63,581 nt of DNA. It comes from an uncultured Alphaproteobacteria bacterium. Its GTDB lineage: Bacteria > Pseudomonadota > Alphaproteobacteria > Rickettsiales > UBA1997. Made by a program: the position numbers and the translations under genes. The DNA lies in assembly GCA_903879805.1 (NCBI GenBank), contig CAIRMX010000042.1, positions 1 to 63,581 of the forward strand, in the 5' to 3' direction. Below are positions 54,388-63,581 of the stretch, piece by piece (positions within the stretch are counted from its first letter, which is position 1; each line of letters starts with the position of its first letter). Below the pieces are notes generated by a model. The model had not been told where the DNA came from. It was given only the letters and a program-made list of their open reading frames with translations, and ran no database searches.

Positions 54388-57224
54388 ATTTAAATCACGT
54401 TTTTCTCTCAGAGCTCAAAAATAGCGACTTTGCGGGAGATATCGCCACGCAAAAATCGGTTTCAGTGATTTACGCAACCGACAATAGCATCTACGAAATT
54501 GAGCCTGACGGCGTGATTTTTCCACGCAGCCAAAATGATGTTGAGCTGATTTTCAAACTGCTAAATCAGAAAAAATTTCACCAAATAAAAATCACCGCTA
54601 GGGGCGGCGGCACCAGCACCAACGGTCAGTCAATCAATCACGGGTTGATTCTCGACTATTCGCGCTACATGAATCGCATCATCAAAATTGATGAAAAAAA
54701 CCTCTGCGCTGAAGTTGAACCGGGTGTAATTTTGGATGTGCTAAATTCTGAACTCGAAAAATTTAATCTTTATTTCCCACCCAATATTTCGCCAAGCAAT
54801 CGCGCCACAATCGGCGGCATGGTAAATACCGATGCTTGCGGCAAAGGCTCCTGCACTCACGGCAGAACTTCTGACAATATTTTAGATTTGTCGCTGCATG
54901 TGCTTGGCGAAGAAAATGTCATTTCAAGCAAAGCTGGTTCACAAAATTTAAATAAAAACTTAAGCGAAATTTTGGCGCGTGCTCGCAACCTTTATTCTTC
55001 AAAACATCTAGCGCGCACCACCACTGGCTACAATATCGAGAAGTCTTTTGCTGATGAAAATCTTGATTTGAATTATTTGATTTCAGGCTCCGAAGGCACG
55101 CTGGCTTTGGTTAGCAAAATTACCGTGAAATTAAAAAAACTGCCGGCAAAAAAACGCGTGCTTTTGCTGCGTTATCAAAATTTTGATGCCGCCCTAAAAG
55201 ATGCGCAAAATGCCATCGCGCTAAATCCATCAGCAATTGAAACCATTGACGAAAATGTTATTCGTCTGGCACGACGCGACATTATCTGGCAAGATGTTGG
55301 GCATTTGGTTGGCGACGGCCACGACACTTCAATTAATATTTTAGAATTTGCTTACGACAATTTAGCTGAATTTGAAAAGCATGAAGAAGAGCTAAAACAG
55401 CGGCTTTCCAAGGAAAATTATCTATTCGAAAATCACTTCATCATCAACGACAAAAGCGAAATCGCTAATATTTGGAATCTGCGCAAACAAGGCGTTGGCC
55501 TGCTTGGCGCCATGAAAGGCAAAAAGCGCCCGATTCCTTTTGTTGAAGACACCATCGTGCCCCCTCAGGAGCTCGCCTCTTACATTTCATCTTTTCGCGA
55601 AATCTTAAAAAAATACGGCGTCACTTACGGCATGTTTGGTCACGTTGATGCGGGCTGTTTGCATGTGCGACCTGCCCTGAACATGCGCCAAGAAACAGAT
55701 CGCGAATTAATCCGCAAAATTTCTGATGAAGTTTGTGAACTGCTTTTGAAACATCGAGGCATCATTTGGGGCGAACATGGCAAAGGCTTTAGAAGCGAAT
55801 ATAGCGAGAAGTTTTTGGGTGCAGATGTGGTACAAATTTTCAAAGAAATCAAAAAAACTTTTGACCCGCACGATCAACTAAATTGCGGCAAAATTGCCAG
55901 CAGCAAGCAAGCAATTACCGAGCTCGATCAAGTGACCATGCGCGGCGAATTTGACGAAAATATTGCCGCCCAAATTCACGATGAGTTTGAAAATATTTTA
56001 AGCTGCAACGGCAATGCTTTGTGCTTCAATTTGGATAATTCTTTAGCGATGTGTCCATCTTACAAAGCAACTCTTGACCGCCGCTTTTCGCCAAAAGGAC
56101 GCGCCATGCTTTTTAAAGAATGGGTGCGGCAAAATTCTGATTTGCCTTCAATTAGAAAAAATATTTCTGGGAAATTTTTTAAGAATTTTTCCGCGAAAGT
56201 TTCGAACTTTTTTAGCAAAAATTTTGAGTCAGAAATTTACGAATCTTTTTCTAAATGTTTGGGCTGCAAGGCATGCAATACTCAATGCCCCATCAAGGTT
56301 AGTATTCCTGATGCCAAGGCTTATTTTCTGTCACTTTATTTCACCAAAAATTTCCGCAAAGCCCAAGATTATTTAATTGGAAATATCGAAAAATTATTGC
56401 TCATTTTCGGCAGGTTTCCCCGCATTTTTAATTTTGTAACGCAAAAGCGCGTAACCAAATTTCTCGCCCGCAAAATTTTTGGCGTGACTGATATTTTGCC
56501 GATTTCGTCTGCCCAATGCACTTCGCACAACAATAAAAATGGCGCTAAAATTTACATTTTACGCGACGCTTACAGCAATTATTTTCACGGCTTAGAATTA
56601 CAAAATGCTTTTGAGCTTTTGACCAAACTTGGCTTCAACGTAGAATTTACCACAATTTTCGAAAACGGCAAAGCCTTGCACGCCAAGGGTTTTTTGAATC
56701 AATTTAGAAAAGTTGTCGCAAAAAATATTTCTTACTTAAGCAGCTTAAATGGCACACTAATTAGCATTGATCCAAGCGTGGCGCTTTCTTACCGCGATGA
56801 ATATCCACGCTTCTTCGATCAAAAAATTGAAGTGCTTTATTTAGCCGAATTTTTGCAAAAAATCGAGATCAAAAAAACTTCAACAAGCAGCAAAAAACAT
56901 CACCTGATTTTGCACTGCTCCGAGCAAACAAATATTAGCAGAGTTATTGAAACTTGGCGTGAAATTTTTGAAAAATTTGGCATCAAACTAAACATCATCA
57001 AAACTGGCTGCTGCGGCATGAGTGGCAGCTTTGGCATGGAAGAACAAAACTTCGCTGATTCGAAAATTATTTTTGAAAATAATTGGCAAGAGTTGCTAAT
57101 TAAATTGGGGCAAGATCAAGAAAATATCATCATGGTCAGCGGTTCATCTTGTAAGTCGCAGGTTGAACGTTTTTTGGAAGTAAAAATCAGCAATCCTTTT
57201 GCGGTGCTCAACCAACAAATCTAG
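54384..57224 (+). CDS. FAD-linked oxidase fused to Fe-S and CCG (cysteine-rich) domains (YdiJ-like). Candidate D-2-hydroxyglutarate or D-lactate-type dehydrogenase.
   Basis: 946 aa. N-terminal FAD_binding_4-like region (ITARGGGTSTNGQS), VAO-type C-terminal part (GHVDAGCLHVRP, GEHGKG), ferredoxin-type CLGCKACNTQCP, and C-terminal CCG motif TGCCGMSGSFG. Confidence 0.8.
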   Translation: MNLNHVFLSELKNSDFAGDIATQKSVSVIYATDNSIYEIEPDGVIFPRSQNDVELIFKLLNQKKFHQIKITARGGGTSTNGQSINHGLILDYSRYMNRIIKIDEKNLCAEVEPGVILDVLNSELEKFNLYFPPNISPSNRATIGGMVNTDACGKGSCTHGRTSDNILDLSLHVLGEENVISSKAGSQNLNKNLSEILARARNLYSSKHLARTTTGYNIEKSFADENLDLNYLISGSEGTLALVSKITVKLKKLPAKKRVLLLRYQNFDAALKDAQNAIALNPSAIETIDENVIRLARRDIIWQDVGHLVGDGHDTSINILEFAYDNLAEFEKHEEELKQRLSKENYLFENHFIINDKSEIANIWNLRKQGVGLLGAMKGKKRPIPFVEDTIVPPQELASYISSFREILKKYGVTYGMFGHVDAGCLHVRPALNMRQETDRELIRKISDEVCELLLKHRGIIWGEHGKGFRSEYSEKFLGADVVQIFKEIKKTFDPHDQLNCGKIASSKQAITELDQVTMRGEFDENIAAQIHDEFENILSCNGNALCFNLDNSLAMCPSYKATLDRRFSPKGRAMLFKEWVRQNSDLPSIRKNISGKFFKNFSAKVSNFFSKNFESEIYESFSKCLGCKACNTQCPIKVSIPDAKAYFLSLYFTKNFRKAQDYLIGNIEKLLLIFGRFPRIFNFVTQKRVTKFLARKIFGVTDILPISSAQCTSHNNKNGAKIYILRDAYSNYFHGLELQNAFELLTKLGFNVEFTTIFENGKALHAKGFLNQFRKVVAKNISYLSSLNGTLISIDPSVALSYRDEYPRFFDQKIEVLYLAEFLQKIEIKKTSTSSKKHHLILHCSEQTNISRVIETWREIFEKFGIKLNIIKTGCCGMSGSFGMEEQNFADSKIIFENNWQELLIKLGQDQENIIMVSGSSCKSQVERFLEVKISNPFAVLNQQI

Positions 57225-57230
57225 AAAATT

Positions 57231-57267
57231 CCCAAGTCGCGCTTCGACAGTCTCAGCATGACTTGGG
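57231..57267. terminator. Hairpin between convergent genes. Possibly a terminator, and possibly a half-copy of palindromic family 2.
   Basis: cccaagtc (57231-57238) pairs with gacttggg (57260-57267). The loop, gcgcttcgacagtctcagcat, shares the ttcga...ctcag..tgac pattern with 32255-32275. There is no T-run. Confidence 0.35.
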
Positions 57268-57274
57268 ATGGCAG

Positions 57275-59071
57275 TTATTTCTCTAACAAATCCCGCGCCT
57301 TCTTACTCAAATCAACATTCAACTCTTTCAACTGTCTTTCTGAAACATTCGCTGGCGCATTCATCATCAAATCTTGCGCTTTGCCGTTCATTGGGAAAGG
57401 AATTACTTCACGAATATTTGGTTCGTCGGCAAGCAACATGATAATACGATCAATTCCCGGAGCCAAGCCGCCGTGCGGTGGAGCGCCGAATTTGAAAGCG
57501 TTTAGCATTGCGCCAAATTGATCTTCAACCACTTCGCGGCCATATCCGGCAAGTTCGAAAGCGCGATACATGATTTCTGGTTTGTGGTTTCTGATGGCTC
57601 CCGAAGAAAGTTCCACACCGTTACAAACGATGTCATATTGGAAAGCGTTGATCGTAGTTGGATCTTGTGAATTCAGGGCTTCAAGACCACCTTGTGGCAT
57701 TGAGAAAGGGTTGTGAGAAAACTCAACTTTGCCAGTTTCTTCGTTTAGTTCATACATTGGGAAATCGACGATCCAGCAGAATTTGTAAATTGATTCATCG
57801 ATTAATTTCAAATCGTTGCCCAGTTTTATTCTTACGACACCTGCGATTTTCGCCGCTTCAGTTTTTTTGCCGCAAGAGAAAAATACCGCGTCACCATTTT
57901 CAAGGCCGGCAGTTTTTTTCAATTCAGCCAATTTTTCAGCGGTTAAAAATTTCGCAATCGGGCCTTTCGCTTCACCATTTTCATCAAAAATAATGTAAGC
58001 CAAACCTTTGGCGCCATTTTGTTGCGCGTGCTCGATCATTTTGTCAAAAAACGAACGCGGTTGCGCGGCGCATTTTGGTGCAGGAATTGCGCGAATTGTC
58101 GCGCCCTGCTCTATTTGCTTGGCAAAAATTGAAAATTCTGAACCGCGGAAAATTTCGGTCGCGTCAGAAATCAAAATCGGATTTCTCAAATCAGGCTTGT
58201 CGATGCCGTATTTAAGCATGGCGTCTTCATATTTGATGTGCACGAAATCTTCGTCAGAAGTTTTTTTAACGCCGTATTTTTTGAAGATGTTTTTCAAAAC
58301 TGGCTCAATCGCACCAAAGACATCTTCTTGAGTGACAAAAGACATTTCCATGTCGAGCTGGTAAAATTCAGGAGCGCGATCTGCGCGCAAATCTTCATCG
58401 CGAAAACATGGTGCGATTTGGAAATAGCGGTTGAAACCAGACACCATCAAAAGCTGTTTGAACTGCTGTGGCGCTTGCGGAAGCGCGTAGAATTTTCCTG
58501 GGTGCAAACGCGCCGGAACCAAATAATCACGCGCACCTTCTGGAGATGACGCAGTTAAAATTGGCGTTTGAATTTCTAAAAATCCTTGCGCGGTCATTTC
58601 AGCGCGGATGCTTGAAATCACTTGCGAGCGCAGCACAATATTTTTGTGAGTTTTTTCGCGACGCAAGTCGAGGAAGCGATATTTTAAACGTAATTCTTCT
58701 GGGTAATTTTCGTTTTCAGCGTTGATTTGGAAAGGGATTTGCTCGGCGAGAGATTCAACGATTAGCTCGTTAATTTTGATTTCGATTTCACCGGTTTTGA
58801 TATTTGTATTTACCACTTCTGCGGCGCGCGCCACCACTTCACCCACAATAGTAATTACTGATTCCAGTTTTATTGAAGCGATTTGATCGAGATTTAGCGC
58901 TGAATTTTGTTGATCGATGACAATTTGTGTCAGACCAAAATGGTCACGCAAATCGATAAAAATCAAACTGCCGTGATCGCGTTTTGAGTGAACCCAGCCG
59001 GAAAGTTTTGCGGTTTGTCCGACGTTAGATTTGTTAAGCTCAGAGCAATTGTGCGTGCGATATTTATGCAT
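57275..59071 (-). CDS. aspS: Aspartate--tRNA ligase
   Basis: Class II motifs [11 protein letters not shown] and GGLAPGIDR, and an OB-fold N-terminus ([19 protein letters not shown]). The start is taken at ATG 59071 (MHKYRTH); the ORF is open to TTG 59083. Confidence 0.95.
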   Translation of the reverse strand: MHKYRTHNCSELNKSNVGQTAKLSGWVHSKRDHGSLIFIDLRDHFGLTQIVIDQQNSALNLDQIASIKLESVITIVGEVVARAAEVVNTNIKTGEIEIKINELIVESLAEQIPFQINAENENYPEELRLKYRFLDLRREKTHKNIVLRSQVISSIRAEMTAQGFLEIQTPILTASSPEGARDYLVPARLHPGKFYALPQAPQQFKQLLMVSGFNRYFQIAPCFRDEDLRADRAPEFYQLDMEMSFVTQEDVFGAIEPVLKNIFKKYGVKKTSDEDFVHIKYEDAMLKYGIDKPDLRNPILISDATEIFRGSEFSIFAKQIEQGATIRAIPAPKCAAQPRSFFDKMIEHAQQNGAKGLAYIIFDENGEAKGPIAKFLTAEKLAELKKTAGLENGDAVFFSCGKKTEAAKIAGVVRIKLGNDLKLIDESIYKFCWIVDFPMYELNEETGKVEFSHNPFSMPQGGLEALNSQDPTTINAFQYDIVCNGVELSSGAIRNHKPEIMYRAFELAGYGREVVEDQFGAMLNAFKFGAPPHGGLAPGIDRIIMLLADEPNIREVIPFPMNGKAQDLMMNAPANVSERQLKELNVDLSKKARDLLEK

Positions 59072-59081
59072 AAATAAAAAC

Positions 59082-59110
59082 AAAAAAATCGGATGAGATT
59101 TTCATCCGAT
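59082..59110 (-). terminator. Hairpin plus U-run 11 nt upstream of the aspS start. Either a terminator or attenuator of the virB3 transcript, or 5'-UTR structure.
   Basis: On the minus strand: atcggatg-aaaatct-catccgat followed by tttttt. The stem is only 8 bp, and no room is left for an aspS promoter downstream of it. Confidence 0.3.
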
Positions 59111-59156
59111 GGGAAATTAAATTAGTTCAACTCAACACCTACGAACTTGTCACAAC

Positions 59157-59261
59157 CTCGGTGTCACCCCGTCTTTACGACGGGGTCCAGTCTTAAAAGC
59201 ACAAACGTTAAGTTCAGAGTTTGGAGACTGGACCCCGCAGTAAATGCGGGGTGACACCGAG
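59157..59261. repeat. Palindromic element, family 1, architecture B
   Basis: ctcggtgtcaccccgtctttacgacggggtccagtc ... gactggaccccgcagtaaatgcggggtgacaccgag. It lies 22 nt downstream of the virB3 stop. Confidence 0.85.
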
Positions 59262-59282
59262 TTAGTGATGGGTAACCTTTAC

Positions 59283-59579
59283 TTAGTAAACATCGTACGA
59301 ATTCGTGCCACCATGATAATACCGATTACGGCACACACTGCATTTAGAAGTCTTCGCCAAAAAAAGCTCAATCGCTCTTGGCTCTTTCAAACAAATAAAC
59401 CAGCCGATCATGTGCAAACCCGGAAGCAAGATTAAGAGGTAGAAAAATTTACTGGTAATAACGAAAGCAAGTAGCGACACGATACCGTTCAAAGCCGCGA
59501 AGTTGTAGCTTACGCCCAAGATCATCGACGGTCTGGTTAAACCCAAAAATAGCGGATCGGTACCTATTACACCGGACAT
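59283..59579 (-). CDS. virB3: Type IV secretion system protein VirB3
   Basis: 99 aa from ATG 59579. VirB3/TrbD-like pattern DPLFLGLTRPSMILGVSYNFAALNGIVSLLAFVI, then a second hydrophobic helix LLILLPGLHMIGWFICLKEPRAIELFL. The size is typical of the family. Confidence 0.75.
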   Translation of the reverse strand: MSGVIGTDPLFLGLTRPSMILGVSYNFAALNGIVSLLAFVITSKFFYLLILLPGLHMIGWFICLKEPRAIELFLAKTSKCSVCRNRYYHGGTNSYDVY

Positions 59580-59678
59580 AATTTTTACGAGTTTTTTAAA
59601 GAGGAAATAATTGACAAAGAGGCGAGCCCGCATAAAACGCGCGACCTTCGAAAAAGTCAAATTCTTCCTTCATTTTAA

Positions 59679-60893
<1,215 letters not shown>

Positions 60894-60906
60894 AATTCTT
60901 AAAAAA

Positions 60907-60938
60907 TTGAATTCCTGTCAATCATGGCAGGAATTCAA
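60907..60938 (+). terminator. Hairpin downstream of the aminotransferase gene
   Basis: ttgaattcctg (60907-60917) pairs with caggaattcaa (60928-60938), an 11-bp stem. There is no clear T-run. Confidence 0.4.
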
Positions 60939-60952
60939 AACAATCCCTCCAC

Positions 60953-61741
60953 ATGCTTCTCACCTTCGACATCGGCAATACCAATATCGTCATCGGAATT
61001 TTTGAAAATAATAAATTAATCAAAAAATGGCGCTTGCCTAGCAACACCAAAAAATCGGCTGACGACTACGCGGTTGATATTATCGAACTCTGCCTCACTG
61101 AAAGAATCGACTGCCTAAAAATTTCTGGCGCCATCATCGGATCAGTGGTTCCAACTCTTACCGGCCTTATTTGCGAATCGATTAAAAAATTCACCAGCGA
61201 AACTTTCACCGGAAAAATTCTCGTCATCGGACAAGACAATGTCGATTTGAACATCGACCTCAAAGTGAAAAATAAAAACGAAGTTGGTCACGATCGCATC
61301 ATTAATTCGATCGCCGGATTTAAAAAATTTGGCGGCAATTTAATTATCATTGATTTCGGCACCGCAACCACTTTTGATGTGGTTGGAAAAAGCGGCGAAT
61401 ATTTGGGCGGCGTTATTGCTCCCGGCATCAATCTTTCTCTCAAAGCTCTGCACGACATGACGGCGCAATTGCCGAAAATTTCAGTTAAAGCGCAAAAAAA
61501 CGTAATCGGCAAAACCACTATTGAAGCAATGAATTCAGGTGCGTTCTTTGGTTATATTTCGCTGATTGAAGGCATGATTGTAAAAATCGAAAAAGAACTT
61601 GGACATAAAACCACCCGCATAATCACGGGCGGACTTGCTGAACTTTTCAAAGATGCTTTAAAAAACGAAGTCGAGTATTACGAGCCCGACCTTACGCTAG
61701 ACGGACTTCGGATTGTTTATGAAAATAATTCGAAAATTTAA
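60953..61741 (+). CDS. coaX: Type III pantothenate kinase
   Basis: 262 aa. Motifs LTFDIGNTNIVIG, GHDRIIN and IIDFGTATTFD. Confidence 0.92.
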   Translation: MLLTFDIGNTNIVIGIFENNKLIKKWRLPSNTKKSADDYAVDIIELCLTERIDCLKISGAIIGSVVPTLTGLICESIKKFTSETFTGKILVIGQDNVDLNIDLKVKNKNEVGHDRIINSIAGFKKFGGNLIIIDFGTATTFDVVGKSGEYLGGVIAPGINLSLKALHDMTAQLPKISVKAQKNVIGKTTIEAMNSGAFFGYISLIEGMIVKIEKELGHKTTRIITGGLAELFKDALKNEVEYYEPDLTLDGLRIVYENNSKI

Positions 61742-61766
61742 ATCTTAATTATCAAAAACTCCTCAC

Positions 61767-63512
61767 ATGGATCTTAACTTAAAAAAACACCAGAGCGACC
61801 TACTATTCTTGCCTTTGGGCGGCGCTAACGAAATTGGGATGAATCTCAATTTATACCATCTTGACGGCAAATGGATTATGATCGATTGCGGCATGGGGTT
61901 TGCTTACGACGTACCCGGCGTTGACATGATTACAGCTGACATTTCTTTCATTAAAGCCAATCGCAAAAACTTACTTGGAATTGTGATTACTCACATTCAC
62001 GAAGATCACTTAGGCGCGGTGCAATATTTGTGGAGAGATCTTGAAGTTCCGGTTTACGCCACCGAATTTGCAGCGAATTTTTTGCGCACTAAATTGCAAG
62101 AATTCAAACTCGAAAAAGAAGTACCAATCCACGTCATTGACGGCTCACGCGACTTAAACCTTGGGCCCTTCAAACTCGAATTTATCGGCCTCACCCACTC
62201 AGTTCCTGAGATGAAAGCGGTGATGGTTAAAACCCACAAAGGTAATATTCTTCACACCGGCGACTGGAAATTCGATCCAGATCCTGTAGTTGGCGACATT
62301 TCAGAAAAAGAAAGAATCAAAGCTTATGGAGATCGCGGTGAAATTTTAGCCGTGATCTGCGACTCAACCAACGCACTATCTGAGGGACACTCACGCTCGG
62401 AAGGTGAACTTTACGATTCACTAAAAAGTTTAATCGAAGGCCGCAAAGGTTTGGTTGGCGTAACCACTTTCGCCTCGAATTTGGCACGCGTCCACACCAT
62501 TTGCAGAATCGCTCGCGACGTGGGCAGAAAAGTTGTTTTAGCTGGATTTTCTTTGCACCGCCTTCACGAAGTCGGCAAAAAAAGTGGTTATTTCGCAGAA
62601 AATTTTGAATTCATTTCTGATCGCGAAATGAAATTTTATGCCAAAAGCGAAATCTTAGTTATTTCAACCGGATGCCAGGGTGAGCCCAACGCCGGCACGC
62701 GTAAAATCGCAACCGACATGCATCCAACCATTCGTTTTACCAAAGGTGATTTGATGATTTTTTCATCAAAAATTATCCCAGGAAATGAGAAAAAAATCTT
62801 CGAACTTTTTGATGAATTAGCCAAAAAACAAATCGACGTTTTGACTGAAAAAGATCACTTCGTTCACGTTTCTGGACATCCTTCGCAAGAAGAGTTGTAC
62901 GAAATGTATGCTCTTGCCCAACCAAAAATTGCCATTCCGGTTCACGGCGAATTTTTGCACACCAAAACTCACTGCGAAATCGCCAGAGATTGCAACGTGC
63001 CTCGCGTAATCCAAATTGAAAATGGCGCTGCCGTTAGATTTGACGCGGAAAATCACATGAATTCCGAAATCGTCGGCAAAGTAAAAGTGGGTTACATCGG
63101 CGTTGATGGAAAGCAGCTTTTAGATTTGAAAAGTGAAGTTTTAAGAGAGCGCAAAAAACTACAATTTGCCGGCATCGTGACGATTTCTTTGACAGTTAAT
63201 GACTCGTTGGTTCTTTCGTCAAAACCACGCATCATTTCTGTTGGCGCTTACGATTTGAAAAATGATCGCCAAGCCGCAGAGATGTTGCAAAATGAAATTC
63301 AGTTTATTCTCAGAAATAAAGCGCGCGAATTGCAGTTAAATGAAGGTTTCGGACTTAAATTTATGAAGAGCAAAAAAAGCCGCAAAAAATTGCAAGAAAC
63401 TAAAGTGATGGCCGAAATCGAAAAAACTTTGCGCAATAAAATGCTAAAAGTTTTCGAAGATTTGATGGGCAAAAGACCAGCTTTGGAAATCGCGATTCAT
63501 TTGGTTGGTTAA
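61767..63512 (+). CDS. rnj: Ribonuclease J (metallo-beta-lactamase / beta-CASP family)
   Basis: 581 aa. Motifs ITHIHEDHLGAV (HxHxDH), GDWKFD and HVSGHPSQEEL, with a beta-CASP layout. Confidence 0.88.
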   Translation: MDLNLKKHQSDLLFLPLGGANEIGMNLNLYHLDGKWIMIDCGMGFAYDVPGVDMITADISFIKANRKNLLGIVITHIHEDHLGAVQYLWRDLEVPVYATEFAANFLRTKLQEFKLEKEVPIHVIDGSRDLNLGPFKLEFIGLTHSVPEMKAVMVKTHKGNILHTGDWKFDPDPVVGDISEKERIKAYGDRGEILAVICDSTNALSEGHSRSEGELYDSLKSLIEGRKGLVGVTTFASNLARVHTICRIARDVGRKVVLAGFSLHRLHEVGKKSGYFAENFEFISDREMKFYAKSEILVISTGCQGEPNAGTRKIATDMHPTIRFTKGDLMIFSSKIIPGNEKKIFELFDELAKKQIDVLTEKDHFVHVSGHPSQEELYEMYALAQPKIAIPVHGEFLHTKTHCEIARDCNVPRVIQIENGAAVRFDAENHMNSEIVGKVKVGYIGVDGKQLLDLKSEVLRERKKLQFAGIVTISLTVNDSLVLSSKPRIISVGAYDLKNDRQAAEMLQNEIQFILRNKARELQLNEGFGLKFMKSKKSRKKLQETKVMAEIEKTLRNKMLKVFEDLMGKRPALEIAIHLVG

Positions 63513-63540
63513 CAAAAAAGTAATTTAAAGAACAAAAAAG

Positions 63541-63581
63541 TCATAGGTCCCTGAGCAAAGCGTAAGCGTCGTCGAAGGGCC
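63541..63581. repeat. Possible partial palindromic family 2 copy, cut by the window end
   Basis: The reverse complement, ggcccttcgacgacgcttacgctttgctcagggacc, shares the cttcga...ctcagg..ac pattern with 32255-32275 and 57243-57262. The similarity is weak. Confidence 0.25.

Noticed and set aside
57258-58725. Several 85-111-aa plus-strand ORFs.
   Set aside because: All of them are antisense to the full-length, motif-complete aspS gene.

Overview
This is a gene-dense, moderately AT-rich bacterial chromosomal window. I found no rRNA, tRNA, CRISPR array, integrase or transposase. The backbone is housekeeping: leuC, glyA, nadA, trpS, rnpB, class I lysyl-tRNA synthetase, cca, lpxI, obg, sdhA, fabF, mltG, addA, lysA, nusB, rimM, trmD, serA-serC-serB, aspS, coaX and RNase J. 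Several traits suggest an intracellular alphaproteobacterium of the Rickettsiales/Holosporales type, but this is an inference made without any search. Those traits are class I LysRS, LpxI, AddA, a VirB3 gene, an ankyrin-repeat protein, and Rickettsia-RPE-like palindromic elements, two of which sit in frame inside genes. The main candidate for something undescribed is a family of three dispersed giant paralogs of 1264, 768 and 920 aa. Each fuses a type IV prepilin-style leader to a LamG jelly-roll, an array of about 50-aa four-Cys repeats, and a glycine-rich domain ending in VVI(I/V)RY of the kind I recall from phage tail fibres. No pilus or type II secretion (T2SS) assembly gene lies anywhere in the window. 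Other notable points:
- At least three families of short palindromic or MITE-like (miniature inverted-repeat) selfish elements.
- Two essential multidomain genes, alaS and carB, end exactly at domain boundaries next to lineage-specific genes.
- The rimM-trmD operon is broken by an 8-kb block.
- That block carries two convergent DEAD-box helicase paralogs with divergent low-complexity tails.
- A translationally coupled serA-serC-serB operon is extended by a YdiJ-like FAD/Fe-S dehydrogenase.
- virB3 stands alone without other type IV secretion (T4SS) genes.
All functional calls rest on motifs read by eye in the supplied translations. No database search was run.
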